Below, piece after piece: positions 19,259 to 29,531 of a stretch of 64,000 nt of DNA (positions within the stretch are counted from its first letter, which is position 1; every line of letters begins with the position of its first letter). Both the position numbers and the translations under genes were made by a program. The notes below the pieces were generated by a model. It was not told where the DNA came from, searched no databases, and saw only the letters and a program-made list of their open reading frames with translations. The stretch lies in the NCBI GenBank assembly GCA_965213925.1, contig OZ243927.1, forward strand, positions 1,696,001-1,760,000, in the 5' to 3' direction. The DNA comes from Trueperaceae bacterium (lineage in GTDB: Bacteria > Deinococcota > Deinococci > Deinococcales > Trueperaceae).

Positions 19259-22200
19259 GTGGTAGGAGACTCTGTGGAAGAATCATCAGTCCAGGACAAA
19301 GCGCTGCGGCTCGTCCAGTTCTTGCGCGAATATGTCCAGCTCAGAACGTCGATTACGCGCGACGTGCGCGACTACGCCTCAGCCACGGACGGCGGCGTTT
19401 TTTGGCTCAAAGACTTACCCGAGCACGACCACTGCAAAGCGGTCTTCGCGCAAGACCGCTTGCCGGAAGATGTCTGGCTGAGCGTTCAAAAACCAGACTT
19501 AGAAGACCCGCCAGAGCCGAAGCTGGGCTTGAAGCCCTGGGTCAATAACGCTGCTCGGCTACAGGAGCCCGCCCTTCGAGATAAAGTCTTTCTCCCTAAT
19601 CCCGCCTTTGTCGAGGGTGAGGACAGTGCAGCCGAGTTGGAGCACGCCCTCGAAGACAACCCCGAGGTCCAGGAGATGTGGGAGGAATATCTCCAGGAGT
19701 GGCGTCGTTGGCGCTACCAAAATCAACGAGAACTCGCTGTCCAGAACGCCTACAACACGCTCTACAGCCTCTACAGAACATTCAACCAGAACCGCGAAGC
19801 TTCAGAACTTGTCGTCGGTTTAGGGTTAGCAACTTGGAAACCAGAAATTGACGCGCCCGTTCGTAGACACATCATGGTGGCGAAAACGGAACTGGCATTC
19901 GACCGCGTTCGCGGGATCATCACCCTCCGCTGCCCTTCACCGCCAGAAGGGGCGTCGCTCTCGCTCGAGGACGAGTTCTTGCCGGTCAAGCCGGACCTAG
20001 CGGAGCGGGCCAGGATCAACGACTTCATCGAGGAAGTCGGCAACGACATTTGGGATGAAGCCAAGCTGAGACCCGCGTTTCGGGCACTCGCCAATACGGT
20101 AGACGCAAGAAATGACTTGAGCTTCGAGCTAGAGCCGCAGACTACTCAGGGTCCGCACCTAAATATCGCGTTTGCGCCCGCCCTTATCTTACGTAAACGC
20201 GGGCTCTCCGGCATTCTCAAGGTTTACGATGACATCGGTCAGCAAATCTCTTCTCAGGGTTATGTTCCATTGGGACTGACGCGGCTAGTCGAGACGCAAG
20301 ATGACGCTTTACCTAAAGGTCAAAGTACCCACGAAGATACGGCGTCAAGATTATCGCCTAACGAAACCCTCTACTTCCCTCTGCCCACGAATAGCGAGCA
20401 GGAACGCATCGCAAAAAGCCTCATGCAGCGGCAAGGGGTCCTCGTCCAGGGACCGCCCGGTACAGGCAAAAGCCACACTATCGCGAACCTCGTCAGCCAC
20501 CTGCTCGCCCAAGGCAAGCGCGTTTTGGTGACGAGCGAGACGGCGCGGGCTTTGGAAGTTCTTCAAGATAAAATCCCGGAGCCTGTCCAGGCACTCTGCG
20601 TGAGCCTTTTAGGAGCCAGCAGCCAATCGTTCTCGGAGTTGAATAAATGTATCAACGACATGACCCAGCGGCACGCCCACTACAATGCGTCCGCTTACGC
20701 CGCCAAAATCGAACGCCTAGAGCAGAAGTTGTCAGAGGCGAAGGCGCAGCGAGCAGAGGTCAACAAGGAGTTGATGACGCTTCGAGGGGCAGAAACGCGC
20801 TCGGGTCAAATCAATAGCCGGTATAGGGGTACCGCTTCAAGTATAGCGAGGCAAGTGCAAAGAGATAAACCCCGCTACGGGTGGTTCAGGGCTAAAGACC
20901 GCGACGAGGCTCCCCTCACCACCTTAGAAGCCCTTGAACTCCTCGAGGGCTTGAGGCGGTTCACTCCTGAACATCGGCAGACACTGAACTTGCAAACGCC
21001 TAGTCGCGAAGATTTACCTTTACCTACAGGAGACGAGTTCGCGGAGCTTGTCGAACACGAAAACTGGGCTAGGGACGGGCGCACCGGCTTCGACGCGGTT
21101 AAGGGTCAGGAAACTTTTCGCGAGATTCAGAGGCTGGAGACCTCTTCTCGAGCAGAACTCTCACAACTAGCGGGTGAGTTTTTGGGTGCGCTCAGCTCTC
21201 TGCGGCAAAGACGAGAGCCCTGGGTTGACGAAGTTGTCAGTGATGTCTTAGCGGGACGCGCGAGCCGCTGGCAGGTTCTCTACGACAACACAGACCCCCT
21301 ATTCAAAAAGGAAAACCTGCGAGAGGGAGCGAGGCTCGCAGACACCACAAGGACACAACTGCCCGAAGGCGCTGACTCTCAACAGGTTCTCGCAGACGCC
21401 CGCGTCATGCGCGACCACCTAGAGAGCGGTAAGGGCTGGGGCTTTCTCGGCATCCCGTCCGGTCCGGCAAAGGGCAAGACGTATCTGCGCAAGGTGAACG
21501 TTGACGGTAAGTCGGCGGAGACATACGAAGTGCTGCGGCAGCTCACCTTCATCCTCTCGTTTAAGGAAAACCTGGCGCGGGTGTGGCAGTACTGGGCGGA
21601 CAAAGTCACGCGCCCAGACCTCTACGAACTCCAGGTCGTCGAGCTGGAAGAGCAGTCGAGCACGCTCCAGAGTGTGCTGGACCTTCAAAAAGTCGCGCAA
21701 CGACTCAGGAACACACTTGCCGAGTGCAACTTACACCTCACTGTAGAGGTCTCGCCCAAAGGCGTCGAGCAGCTCTCGCGACTCTTAAAGGCGGCGGACG
21801 CAGAAGCCTCCTTCGAGCTGAGCGCCGAGCCCCTCGAAGCCCTTCACGAAGAGTTGCGCTACCTAGCGCAAGGCGAAGCGGTCCACCCAATAACGCAGCG
21901 CTTTCTCGACGCGCTGCGTGAACGCGACAAGCGTGAGTGGGCGGCTACTTATAATCAATTCGGCGACATCGAGAGCGAACGTACCGAGATGCGCCGAGTT
22001 GATGAGCTGCTGGCGAGGCTGGAGCAAGTAGCGCCAGAGGTCGCCGCTTCTCTGACCAGCGACCCTGCTCACAGAACTTGGGACGAGCGTATAGGGCACT
22101 TTGAAGAGGCGTTCGCGTGGTCGCACGCCCAGCACTGGCTGAATAAGCTCAACGACGCGAATTATCACCGCGAATTGGAGCGCAACTACGACTTGTTGAG

Positions 22201-23773
22201 CAAAAAGATCAACGACATCACAGCAGAACTCGCCGCAGAGAAGGCTTGGCACCACTTCCTGAGCCGACTCACACCTAAACAGAGCGCGAGTCTTCAGGCT
22301 TGGCAGCAAGCCATCAAAAGAGTTGGTAGAGGCACGGGACGACACGCCGCCAGATACCGCCGCGTCGCTCAGGAACATATGGCAGAGTGCATTCCCGCCA
22401 TTCCCGCCTGGGTCATGCCGCGCTTCCGCCTTCCTGAAACGATGTCTATAAAACAGGGGATGTTCGATGTGGTCATCGTAGACGAGGCGAGCCAGACAGG
22501 TATTGACGGGCTCTTCCTCAATTACATCGCTAAACAAGTCGTCGTTGTAGGGGACGACCAGCAGATCAGCCCCTCGAACGTGGGCATATCTGAAGAGAAA
22601 GTAACTGAGTTGCAAGGCAGATACCTAGACGGTATTCATCTCGGCTCGCTCATGGGTCCCGCTGTGAGCTTCTACGACATGGCTAAGATTCTCTTCCAAA
22701 GCCAGAGCAAGATCGTCTTGCAAGAGCACTTCAGGTGTATGCCCGAGATTATCCGCTTCTCGGACACCCTTTGTTACGCGGCGAGCGGGACACCCCTCAT
22801 CCCCTTGCGCAATTATCCGCCGGATCGACTGAAGCCCTTGCAGAGCGTGTACATTTCTGAGGGCTACCAAGAGGGCACGTCGAGCAACGCCGTCAACAAG
22901 CCAGAAGCGCGAGCCGTCGTGAACACCATCCTGACATGCGTCAACAGCCCTGAATACGAGGGGAAGACGATGGGCGTCATCTCTCTTCTAGGCAAAAGGC
23001 AAGCCGACGCCATCGGCAATATGCTCATCGAGGAGCTGGGCGCGGAAGAGGTCGAAGCCCGCAACCTCGTGTGGGGTGACGCCTACAGCTTCCAGGGCGA
23101 CGAGCGGAACGTGATGTTCTTGAGTTTAGTTTCAGCGCCAGGAGAGCGTGCGGTCTCGGCGCTAACCTCGGAGTCGGCTAAGCAGCGCTTTAACGTCGCG
23201 GCGAGCCGAGCTAAGGACCAGATGTGGCTCTTCCGCAGCGCCAAGTTAGAGCACATGAGCCCCAACCTGAACTGCGTGCGGCGCAAGCTGGTCGAGTTCT
23301 TCACCCAGCACAACCACGCTGTCCTGAACGAACACGGTATTGAAGATATTGCTCAGCTTGAAGTTGAAGCGCGTCGAAGAGGTGAGCAGAGCGTCGCCCC
23401 GTCGCCCTTCGACAGTTGGTTTGAGGTGGACGTGTTTCTCGACCTCCACCGCCGAGGCTATAGGGTCACTCCGCAGTTCCCGGTGGCGCAGTACCGGATT
23501 GATCTCGTTGTCGAGAGCCGAAGGGGGCGACTCGCTATAGAGTGTGACGGCGACTTCTGGCACGGACCTGAACAGTACGCCCACGACATGGAGAGGCAAC
23601 GGCAGTTAGAGCGCTCCGGCTGGGAGTTCTACCGGATACGGGGTAGCCACTACTACACGGACCCGCAAAAAGCGCTGGAGCCGCTCTGGGAGGAGCTGGA
23701 GCGCCGCGAAATCTATCCAGCGCGTGTTGAATCCTTAGACGAAGATACGCTGCCAAAGGTGGCTCACCTATAG
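19259..23773 (+). CDS. Large UPF1-like SF1B helicase fused to a Vsr/DUF559 (MTES_1575-like) endonuclease
   Basis: QGPPGTGKS, VDEASQ, GDDQQ, LQEHFRC, SFQGDE and RFNVAASRA; C-terminal DSWFE..YRIDLVV..AIECDGDFWH. Confidence 0.85.
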   Translation: MVGDSVEESSVQDKALRLVQFLREYVQLRTSITRDVRDYASATDGGVFWLKDLPEHDHCKAVFAQDRLPEDVWLSVQKPDLEDPPEPKLGLKPWVNNAARLQEPALRDKVFLPNPAFVEGEDSAAELEHALEDNPEVQEMWEEYLQEWRRWRYQNQRELAVQNAYNTLYSLYRTFNQNREASELVVGLGLATWKPEIDAPVRRHIMVAKTELAFDRVRGIITLRCPSPPEGASLSLEDEFLPVKPDLAERARINDFIEEVGNDIWDEAKLRPAFRALANTVDARNDLSFELEPQTTQGPHLNIAFAPALILRKRGLSGILKVYDDIGQQISSQGYVPLGLTRLVETQDDALPKGQSTHEDTASRLSPNETLYFPLPTNSEQERIAKSLMQRQGVLVQGPPGTGKSHTIANLVSHLLAQGKRVLVTSETARALEVLQDKIPEPVQALCVSLLGASSQSFSELNKCINDMTQRHAHYNASAYAAKIERLEQKLSEAKAQRAEVNKELMTLRGAETRSGQINSRYRGTASSIARQVQRDKPRYGWFRAKDRDEAPLTTLEALELLEGLRRFTPEHRQTLNLQTPSREDLPLPTGDEFAELVEHENWARDGRTGFDAVKGQETFREIQRLETSSRAELSQLAGEFLGALSSLRQRREPWVDEVVSDVLAGRASRWQVLYDNTDPLFKKENLREGARLADTTRTQLPEGADSQQVLADARVMRDHLESGKGWGFLGIPSGPAKGKTYLRKVNVDGKSAETYEVLRQLTFILSFKENLARVWQYWADKVTRPDLYELQVVELEEQSSTLQSVLDLQKVAQRLRNTLAECNLHLTVEVSPKGVEQLSRLLKAADAEASFELSAEPLEALHEELRYLAQGEAVHPITQRFLDALRERDKREWAATYNQFGDIESERTEMRRVDELLARLEQVAPEVAASLTSDPAHRTWDERIGHFEEAFAWSHAQHWLNKLNDANYHRELERNYDLLSKKINDITAELAAEKAWHHFLSRLTPKQSASLQAWQQAIKRVGRGTGRHAARYRRVAQEHMAECIPAIPAWVMPRFRLPETMSIKQGMFDVVIVDEASQTGIDGLFLNYIAKQVVVVGDDQQISPSNVGISEEKVTELQGRYLDGIHLGSLMGPAVSFYDMAKILFQSQSKIVLQEHFRCMPEIIRFSDTLCYAASGTPLIPLRNYPPDRLKPLQSVYISEGYQEGTSSNAVNKPEARAVVNTILTCVNSPEYEGKTMGVISLLGKRQADAIGNMLIEELGAEEVEARNLVWGDAYSFQGDERNVMFLSLVSAPGERAVSALTSESAKQRFNVAASRAKDQMWLFRSAKLEHMSPNLNCVRRKLVEFFTQHNHAVLNEHGIEDIAQLEVEARRRGEQSVAPSPFDSWFEVDVFLDLHRRGYRVTPQFPVAQYRIDLVVESRRGRLAIECDGDFWHGPEQYAHDMERQRQLERSGWEFYRIRGSHYYTDPQKALEPLWEELERREIYPARVESLDEDTLPKVAHL

Positions 23774-24168
23774 ACTCATTCGAGTACTAACGGACAGCCG
23801 CCCGAAACCCTTGTCACGTTAGGGAGTAACAGTCTACCGAGAACCACACCAAACGCCTTACTCGAATAGGCGAGGAACAACCTTCTCATCCTGTTAGACA
23901 CAGGAATCTCCGTGTCGGAGACCGTCGGGAAGTTGCAGAACGCCGAAGCTCTCGAGCTAACACGGCTTTACGAGACGGCTCTCTCGAGGGGGTTCGAGCC
24001 GCCCGTCAGCAATTAAGGAGTCCCCAGGGGTTCTTTGAGAAAGGTACTACTGCCAGCAGTTTCTCGACATACTGAAACAATTGAGCGCAGGTATCATCCC
24101 TTAAAGTGTGTGGTAAGCATCGTTTTGCAAAGTGAGAGTGTCTCTGACCAGATGATACCTGCTATGCC

Positions 24169-26262
24169 TTATGCGCCCAAGTCGTTCACAAATTCAGACG
24201 CTGGCTCCACCCCCGACACGAACAAGAAGTCCCGCGCCCGCGTACACGCCACATAGAGCAAATGCCGTTCCGTGTTGTAGACCTCTTCTAACTCAGCGTC
24301 GTCCGTAACGGTTTCTATCCTCTCTTGCAGCGGCAAGACCTCGTCGTCGCAAGCCATCACCACGACAGCGCGAAATTCGAGCCCCTTGGCGTAGTGCATG
24401 GTGCTCACAGCGGTGTGACCTTCTGGTAACTGATAGTTCTTGCTCAGTACGTGAAAAGGAAGCTCGATCCTTTCCACCGCGCCCTTAGCCCGCTCTAGCT
24501 GCTCATCCGAGCGGACGAACACGCCTATTTCTTCGGGCTTCACCCCTTTGCTTTTCTGCTCTGCAAGCCACGCGCTCACAGCCTGCACCTCATCCCCTGG
24601 CGTGTCGAAGGTCTGAATGACCGGAGCAGGTCCGTTAAAGACCGAGATGGTCCCCTTACGTTGCTCCTTGATACCGTCCACATCGGCGAGTTCAGGCGCG
24701 AGCAAGAGGTCCGCTTGCATCCTGATCTGGTGCGAAGTGCGGTAGTTGATGTGCAGCGTGTGGGAACGTCCGCGTACGTCTACACCTAAAGCCTTCCACG
24801 AGAAGGGCGGCTGGAAGATGCGCTGACCCAAGTCGCCCGAGAAGAAAAGCCCATTAGGTTTATCGCCCACCAGCGCCGCTAAGAACCTCAGTTGCGCGAC
24901 GCTGACATCTTGCGCCTCATCAAGAACGACGTAGTCGAAGGGCGAGGGCTTCTCAGCGTATGAAGCGGTGAGTTCCTGGTACATGCTCGAGACCGTCAAC
25001 AACCCACGCGCCTTGAGTCCAGCGCGAACGTGCTCGAAGAGCGACCATAAGACTTCACGCTGCTTCTCAGGCAAGCGCCGCCGCCTGCCCAAGCGCGGTA
25101 CGTCTCGGTAGCTCTCCCAATTATCCAGTTGCCATGCGTCCACAATCTGCTCCCACTCAGCGAGCAGGAATTGCGGGCTAAATGATGCACCTTCAGCCTT
25201 CGCAGCCGCTTCATCTAACAGCGCGGCGACATCGGCGCGTGTTGCAAATATGGGTTGCTTGCCGCTCAGTTTGTAGAGGCGCTTAGCAACGGCGTCTAGG
25301 GAGTAAACATCTATTCTCTCCTTGAGACGCGGCTGATTGCTCACTAGTGCTCGCAGCTTCACATCTAGCGCGTTCGCGAGCGAATTAGAGAAGGTCGTGA
25401 GTAAAACTCTCGCTTCATCATCCTCACGCGCTAAAAAGACCGCTCGGTGCAGCGCCACCACCGTCTTGCCCGTACCCGCTGAGCCCGCCACCCTAGCAGG
25501 TCCACCATAATCACGCTCTACCAGCTCACGCTGGGCAGGGTGCAAGAAGACCGTCCACTTCTCCCAGGGGAATTCGAGCGCCCGCTCTAATGTCTCCACG
25601 TCATTCATCACCCTGAAGCGCCGCTGCGCGTCAGGATGGGCGAAGGGGTCCGCGTCCTCGGGGAGCGGCTGCGCGACCTGTGGCGTTACCCCGACAGCGA
25701 GGTCTAGTAGCGCCTCAGCCGCCTCTTGGGGCAGGTGGTCCGCCAAGTTTAGCAGTGTCTCCTCAGTTGCTTTTTGCACATCTTCCAACCACTCAGGCGG
25801 CACGCCGTAAGCGAGTAAATCCTCTTCGGACATGTCGGCGAAAAGTGGCGAAAGTTCGGTCTTTACCTCTTTCTGAGGCTCGGACTGCGGCACTTCGGCT
25901 TCGATATAGCTAGGAATCACGATCTCTTTGACCGTCTCTCGCACCTCCACAAGCTGCGCTGCGCCCGTTTTAGGATGCCGCTCCAGCTTGCGCCGCTCCC
26001 CCCAGCGGTACGCCTCGTCATGATGCGCCACGTAGCAGAGCAGCAGGCTCCGCTCAGACCTGTGCACGATGAGCCGCACATCGAGGTTCACCCGCGCTGA
26101 CCAGAAGCCGTCGTCTTTGGCGCGTTCCAGGCGGTGCAACTGCATACTCGGATGCGCTGGGTTGAGTTGCAAATCGAACGCTGTCGTCTTCACCGCCCGC
26201 TGCTCGTCGGCTGTGAGCTTCGCTAAACTATCCGTGAAGGTATCGGCAATCAAGAAATCCAC
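24169..26262 (-). CDS. UvrD-like helicase with N-terminal RelE/ParE-like domain
   Basis: N-terminal FTDSLAKL..HPSMQLHRL..FWSARVNLDVRLIVH..YVAHHDEAY; GSAGTGKT, LDEAQD, NYRT, TMHYAKGLEF, LLYVACTRA. Confidence 0.85.
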   Translation of the reverse strand: MDFLIADTFTDSLAKLTADEQRAVKTTAFDLQLNPAHPSMQLHRLERAKDDGFWSARVNLDVRLIVHRSERSLLLCYVAHHDEAYRWGERRKLERHPKTGAAQLVEVRETVKEIVIPSYIEAEVPQSEPQKEVKTELSPLFADMSEEDLLAYGVPPEWLEDVQKATEETLLNLADHLPQEAAEALLDLAVGVTPQVAQPLPEDADPFAHPDAQRRFRVMNDVETLERALEFPWEKWTVFLHPAQRELVERDYGGPARVAGSAGTGKTVVALHRAVFLAREDDEARVLLTTFSNSLANALDVKLRALVSNQPRLKERIDVYSLDAVAKRLYKLSGKQPIFATRADVAALLDEAAAKAEGASFSPQFLLAEWEQIVDAWQLDNWESYRDVPRLGRRRRLPEKQREVLWSLFEHVRAGLKARGLLTVSSMYQELTASYAEKPSPFDYVVLDEAQDVSVAQLRFLAALVGDKPNGLFFSGDLGQRIFQPPFSWKALGVDVRGRSHTLHINYRTSHQIRMQADLLLAPELADVDGIKEQRKGTISVFNGPAPVIQTFDTPGDEVQAVSAWLAEQKSKGVKPEEIGVFVRSDEQLERAKGAVERIELPFHVLSKNYQLPEGHTAVSTMHYAKGLEFRAVVVMACDDEVLPLQERIETVTDDAELEEVYNTERHLLYVACTRARDFLFVSGVEPASEFVNDLGA

Positions 26263-29060
26263 TAGGCAACCCTGTAAACCTTCATGACTTCATCGCCTAA
26301 GTGGTTGATAACCTTGACGGCGATGCGCCCGGACGAGGGGGCGGGGAAAGGTCGCGAGGTATCGCTGTTTAGGGTCTCCCACGCCTCCTCGTTGATCTCC
26401 GCCTTGAGGGTCGTCTTGAGCGCCTTGTACGGGTCGTTCGCGCCTAAGAAATACGCCTGCCGCACGAAGAAGCTCTCCTCGTTGTAGTCCGTGTCGATGA
26501 ACCAGCAGGCGATGCCGTCGGCGCTGTCGCTGCGCACCTCGCCCGAAGATGGGTCAAAGACATCTACGCCGTTGATGCGCACCTGAAGCCGGTCATCTTC
26601 GACCTCTTTGATGTCCACATCCGGCTCGCCAAAGATTACGAACAGGTTCGCCTTGTCGGTCTTGCTCAGGTCGTCCGCCATATGCAGGTCAGCGTTCATC
26701 CGCGCCTTCAAAACCGAGAGCCGCCCCAGCTTGCTGAATTCGGAGGCGTGTGCGTCGTAGTTAAAGGCGCAAGCGATGAGTACGTCGAAGCCCGCGTCCG
26801 CCGCCTCCCTCGCCGCCTGCACCAGGTCAGGGCGCGAGACCGTGCCGAACTCAGGACCGATGAAGATAGCCGCCCGCTTTTCCTCGCCCGACTCCCCATT
26901 TGATTCAGAGGTATACCGCCCCTCGGCGCATACCAGCTCGCCAGGCCACGGCTTCAGTGACGAGAACGCTATCCTGTCCGCCTTGTGCGCCTGCTGCACC
27001 CCCGCCGTCTTCAAGTTCTCCAAGATGACGTTCACGAAGTCCGGCTCGTCCCCCGCATGAGCGCCAGTCTGCTTAGACGCTTTCACCAACTCCAGCGGGT
27101 CGATAAGCTCATCATCCGCGCCCACCGCCATGATTCGGTGCGGCGAGCTGCTCTCCACCGTGAAGGGTCCCGCCACGCGCACCTTACGCTTGTCCTCATA
27201 AGGTTTATCGTACAGATATTCGAAGTCTGCCTTTGTTGCGATGGAGGCGTCAATCTCCTTCTGCCGCGCAATCCGCTTCTCCCACCACTGCGCGTGCAGC
27301 TTCTTCGCCTTCTCAGACCAGCTCTCCTCAGCCTCCCGAGGAATCTCCCACTCCTCCCACGCCTCGCCGAGTTCTTTGTTCAAGCTCTCACGCAGAGGCT
27401 CCAACGCCTCCTGAAACTGCTCATAAATCACGTCAATTTCTGCGTTGTTCGCGATGTCTTTGAGCATGATATGGGGCACACGCTCGTACACAAAACCCTG
27501 CCGAACATCTCCGAAGGTGGATGAGCTAGACGGCTCCGTGCGGGTTATCTCCGCCTCTTTAGCTTGTCCCTCTTCACTGTCCGCCAAGAGGTAAAAGGGA
27601 TACCTAGCACCCATGATGCGAGAACGCGCCAGAGCAAGCGCAACACGAGAGGTATCAACCGTAATCCAGCGCCGCCCCCACTGCTCAGCTACATAAGCGG
27701 TTGTGCCAGAGCCGCAAGTGGGGTCAAGAACGAGGTCGCTGGGGTCAGTCGCCATGAGAATACAACGCTGGGCAATCTGCGGACTTGTTTCTACAATGTA
27801 TTGTTTATCCAAAGCTCCACCGACATCGCTCCAAATATTTGTTCTTCCAAATACCGAAAAATCGTTAAAATACCTCACGTAACGAAGCACTGTTCCAGTT
27901 TTTATTACACGGTTGGCTTTGATTAGTCGTGAAAATCCCTCCTCTCCAGTTTTCCAATAGTTTGTACGAGGTGTTATTATCGCATTCTCAAACTGAACAG
28001 GAAAAGACCCCGGTGGTCTCTGACTTGTAAGATCACTCGAAGTGAATGGCTTACTTCCGTTTGGAAAAACTTTCAGATCAAGGTGCTTTTTAGGCAAGGA
28101 AGTTCTTGTGCCATCAGGAAATTCGATTTTTGAATATGCAACTCCACCTTCACCCCCTAGTTGCTTTTCAATGAATAATTGGCGATATTTTACAGATGCA
28201 AAATCTTTGGCAAACCACAAAATAAAATCTGAAACTCCTGGTAGTAGAGCTGAGGTTGCACTTGAAGTTTTTGAAACAGTGATCAGGCTAACAAAATTCT
28301 CCTCCCCAAACACCTCATCCATCAACGCCCTTACCCTGTGCACGTTCTCATCCCCAATCTGCACAAAGATAGAGCCGGACTCGGTCAAGAGGTCGCGGGC
28401 GACGGTCAGCCGATCGCGCAAATAGGTGAGGTAGGAGTGGATGCCGTCGCGCCAGGTGTCACGGAAGGCTTTGACCTGCTCGGGCTCGCGGGTAATGTGC
28501 TCCGCCTTGCCGTCCTTCACGTCGCGGGAGGTCGTGGACCACTGGAAGTTGGAGTTGAACTTGATGCCGTAGGGCGGGTCGAGGTAGATGCACTGGACCT
28601 TGCCGCGTAAGCCTTCGCGCTCGGCGAGGCTCGCCATCACCTGGAGGCTGTCGCCTAAAATCATGCGGTTCGTCCAGTTGGCGTCGTGCTGGTAGAACTC
28701 GGTCTCTGCGCCCGACTTGCTCACGCCGTTAAAGTCGGCGAAGAGGTCGGGCTGCGGGGCGTTCTCCCGCTCGGCGTCCTCGGTGCGCTTTTTCAGGTCG
28801 TCGATGAGGACTTTGGGGTGGACCTTCTCTTGGATGTAGAGGGGCGGCGCGTTGACGATAAACTCGGAGTAGTCGCGGATGTCCTTGCCGCGCCAGACGA
28901 GCTGGGGGTCTAAGTCTTCGTTACGGCGCTCGAAGGAGGCGAGGACGGGGTTTAGGTCTTTCTCGAGCAGGAAACTCCGCTGCTCCTCAGTGGCTATGAG
29001 CTTGCGCTTCTCGTCATGCTTTAAGGTTTCTACCTGTAGGTTGTTGGGGGCTTTTACCAT
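26262..29060 (-). CDS. mod: Type III-like RM adenine DNA methyltransferase (Mod, beta class)
   Basis: IYLDPPYG precedes LVLDPTCGSGTT, with an AT-rich TRD between them; follows a res gene. Confidence 0.9.
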   Translation of the reverse strand: MVKAPNNLQVETLKHDEKRKLIATEEQRSFLLEKDLNPVLASFERRNEDLDPQLVWRGKDIRDYSEFIVNAPPLYIQEKVHPKVLIDDLKKRTEDAERENAPQPDLFADFNGVSKSGAETEFYQHDANWTNRMILGDSLQVMASLAEREGLRGKVQCIYLDPPYGIKFNSNFQWSTTSRDVKDGKAEHITREPEQVKAFRDTWRDGIHSYLTYLRDRLTVARDLLTESGSIFVQIGDENVHRVRALMDEVFGEENFVSLITVSKTSSATSALLPGVSDFILWFAKDFASVKYRQLFIEKQLGGEGGVAYSKIEFPDGTRTSLPKKHLDLKVFPNGSKPFTSSDLTSQRPPGSFPVQFENAIITPRTNYWKTGEEGFSRLIKANRVIKTGTVLRYVRYFNDFSVFGRTNIWSDVGGALDKQYIVETSPQIAQRCILMATDPSDLVLDPTCGSGTTAYVAEQWGRRWITVDTSRVALALARSRIMGARYPFYLLADSEEGQAKEAEITRTEPSSSSTFGDVRQGFVYERVPHIMLKDIANNAEIDVIYEQFQEALEPLRESLNKELGEAWEEWEIPREAEESWSEKAKKLHAQWWEKRIARQKEIDASIATKADFEYLYDKPYEDKRKVRVAGPFTVESSSPHRIMAVGADDELIDPLELVKASKQTGAHAGDEPDFVNVILENLKTAGVQQAHKADRIAFSSLKPWPGELVCAEGRYTSESNGESGEEKRAAIFIGPEFGTVSRPDLVQAAREAADAGFDVLIACAFNYDAHASEFSKLGRLSVLKARMNADLHMADDLSKTDKANLFVIFGEPDVDIKEVEDDRLQVRINGVDVFDPSSGEVRSDSADGIACWFIDTDYNEESFFVRQAYFLGANDPYKALKTTLKAEINEEAWETLNSDTSRPFPAPSSGRIAVKVINHLGDEVMKVYRVA

Positions 29061-29064
29061 AGTC

Positions 29065-29137
29065 GAGAAGTGTGAAGTTTGAAGGGTGAAGTGTGAAAGA
29101 AAAGCTCTATTTTCACTCTTCTCACTTCACCCTTCCT
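29065..29137. repeat. Heptamer-periodic inverted repeat (GAAGnnT units vs TTCnnnC units)
   Basis: gaagtgt-gaagttt-gaagggt-gaagtgt-gaaa ... ttcactc-ttctcac-ttcaccc-ttcc; 16/17 pairing of 29081-29097 with 29119-29135. Confidence 0.85.
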
Positions 29138-29526
29138 CCTTTCTTTGTTTTTACTACGATGCTCGTCAAAATCGCGACAAGCTGATCTGCCTCATCAATC
29201 AAGGGATGGAGTTTTTCTTCTGGAATGATGTTTGTGGCAACAAGGAGTCTCAGCCAGTAGTGTGTCTCTCGCGCTTCTTTGCAAGCAATAGAGTATTTGT
29301 GATTAAAGTCAGCGCGACTCTGAGCCGCCTGCCCTTCTTCAACGTTCGCCCCAACAGACGTACCGGAGCGTAAAAGCTGATTCGCCAGCATCCGACTCAC
29401 CCCAGGCGTCCCGTCCAGCACCTGACACACCCCGACCACCCGCCGCGCAAACAAAAACGTCCTCTCCGGCAAATCCCCCTTCCCCCTTCCCACTTCTTCC
29501 TTCACCCTTCCCACTTCACTCTTCAC
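29122..29526 (-). CDS. Four-helix-bundle protein (23S rRNA IVP / TIGR02436-like)
   Basis: DLPERTFLFA..QLLRSGTSVGANVEEG..SRADF..KYSIACKEARETHYWLRLL. Confidence 0.9.
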   Translation of the reverse strand: MKSEVGRVKEEVGRGKGDLPERTFLFARRVVGVCQVLDGTPGVSRMLANQLLRSGTSVGANVEEGQAAQSRADFNHKYSIACKEARETHYWLRLLVATNIIPEEKLHPLIDEADQLVAILTSIVVKTKKGGRVK

Positions 29527-29531
29527 CCTTC
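29475..29531. repeat. Tandem TTCnnnC heptamers, about 7-8 units
   Basis: ttccccc-ttcccac-ttcttcc-ttcaccc-ttcccac-ttcactc-ttcaccc-ttc, directly after the res stop. Confidence 0.85.

Noticed and set aside
29122..29526. Four-helix protein as the Avd of a diversity-generating retroelement
   Set aside because: No reverse transcriptase or TR/VR pair is visible in the window.
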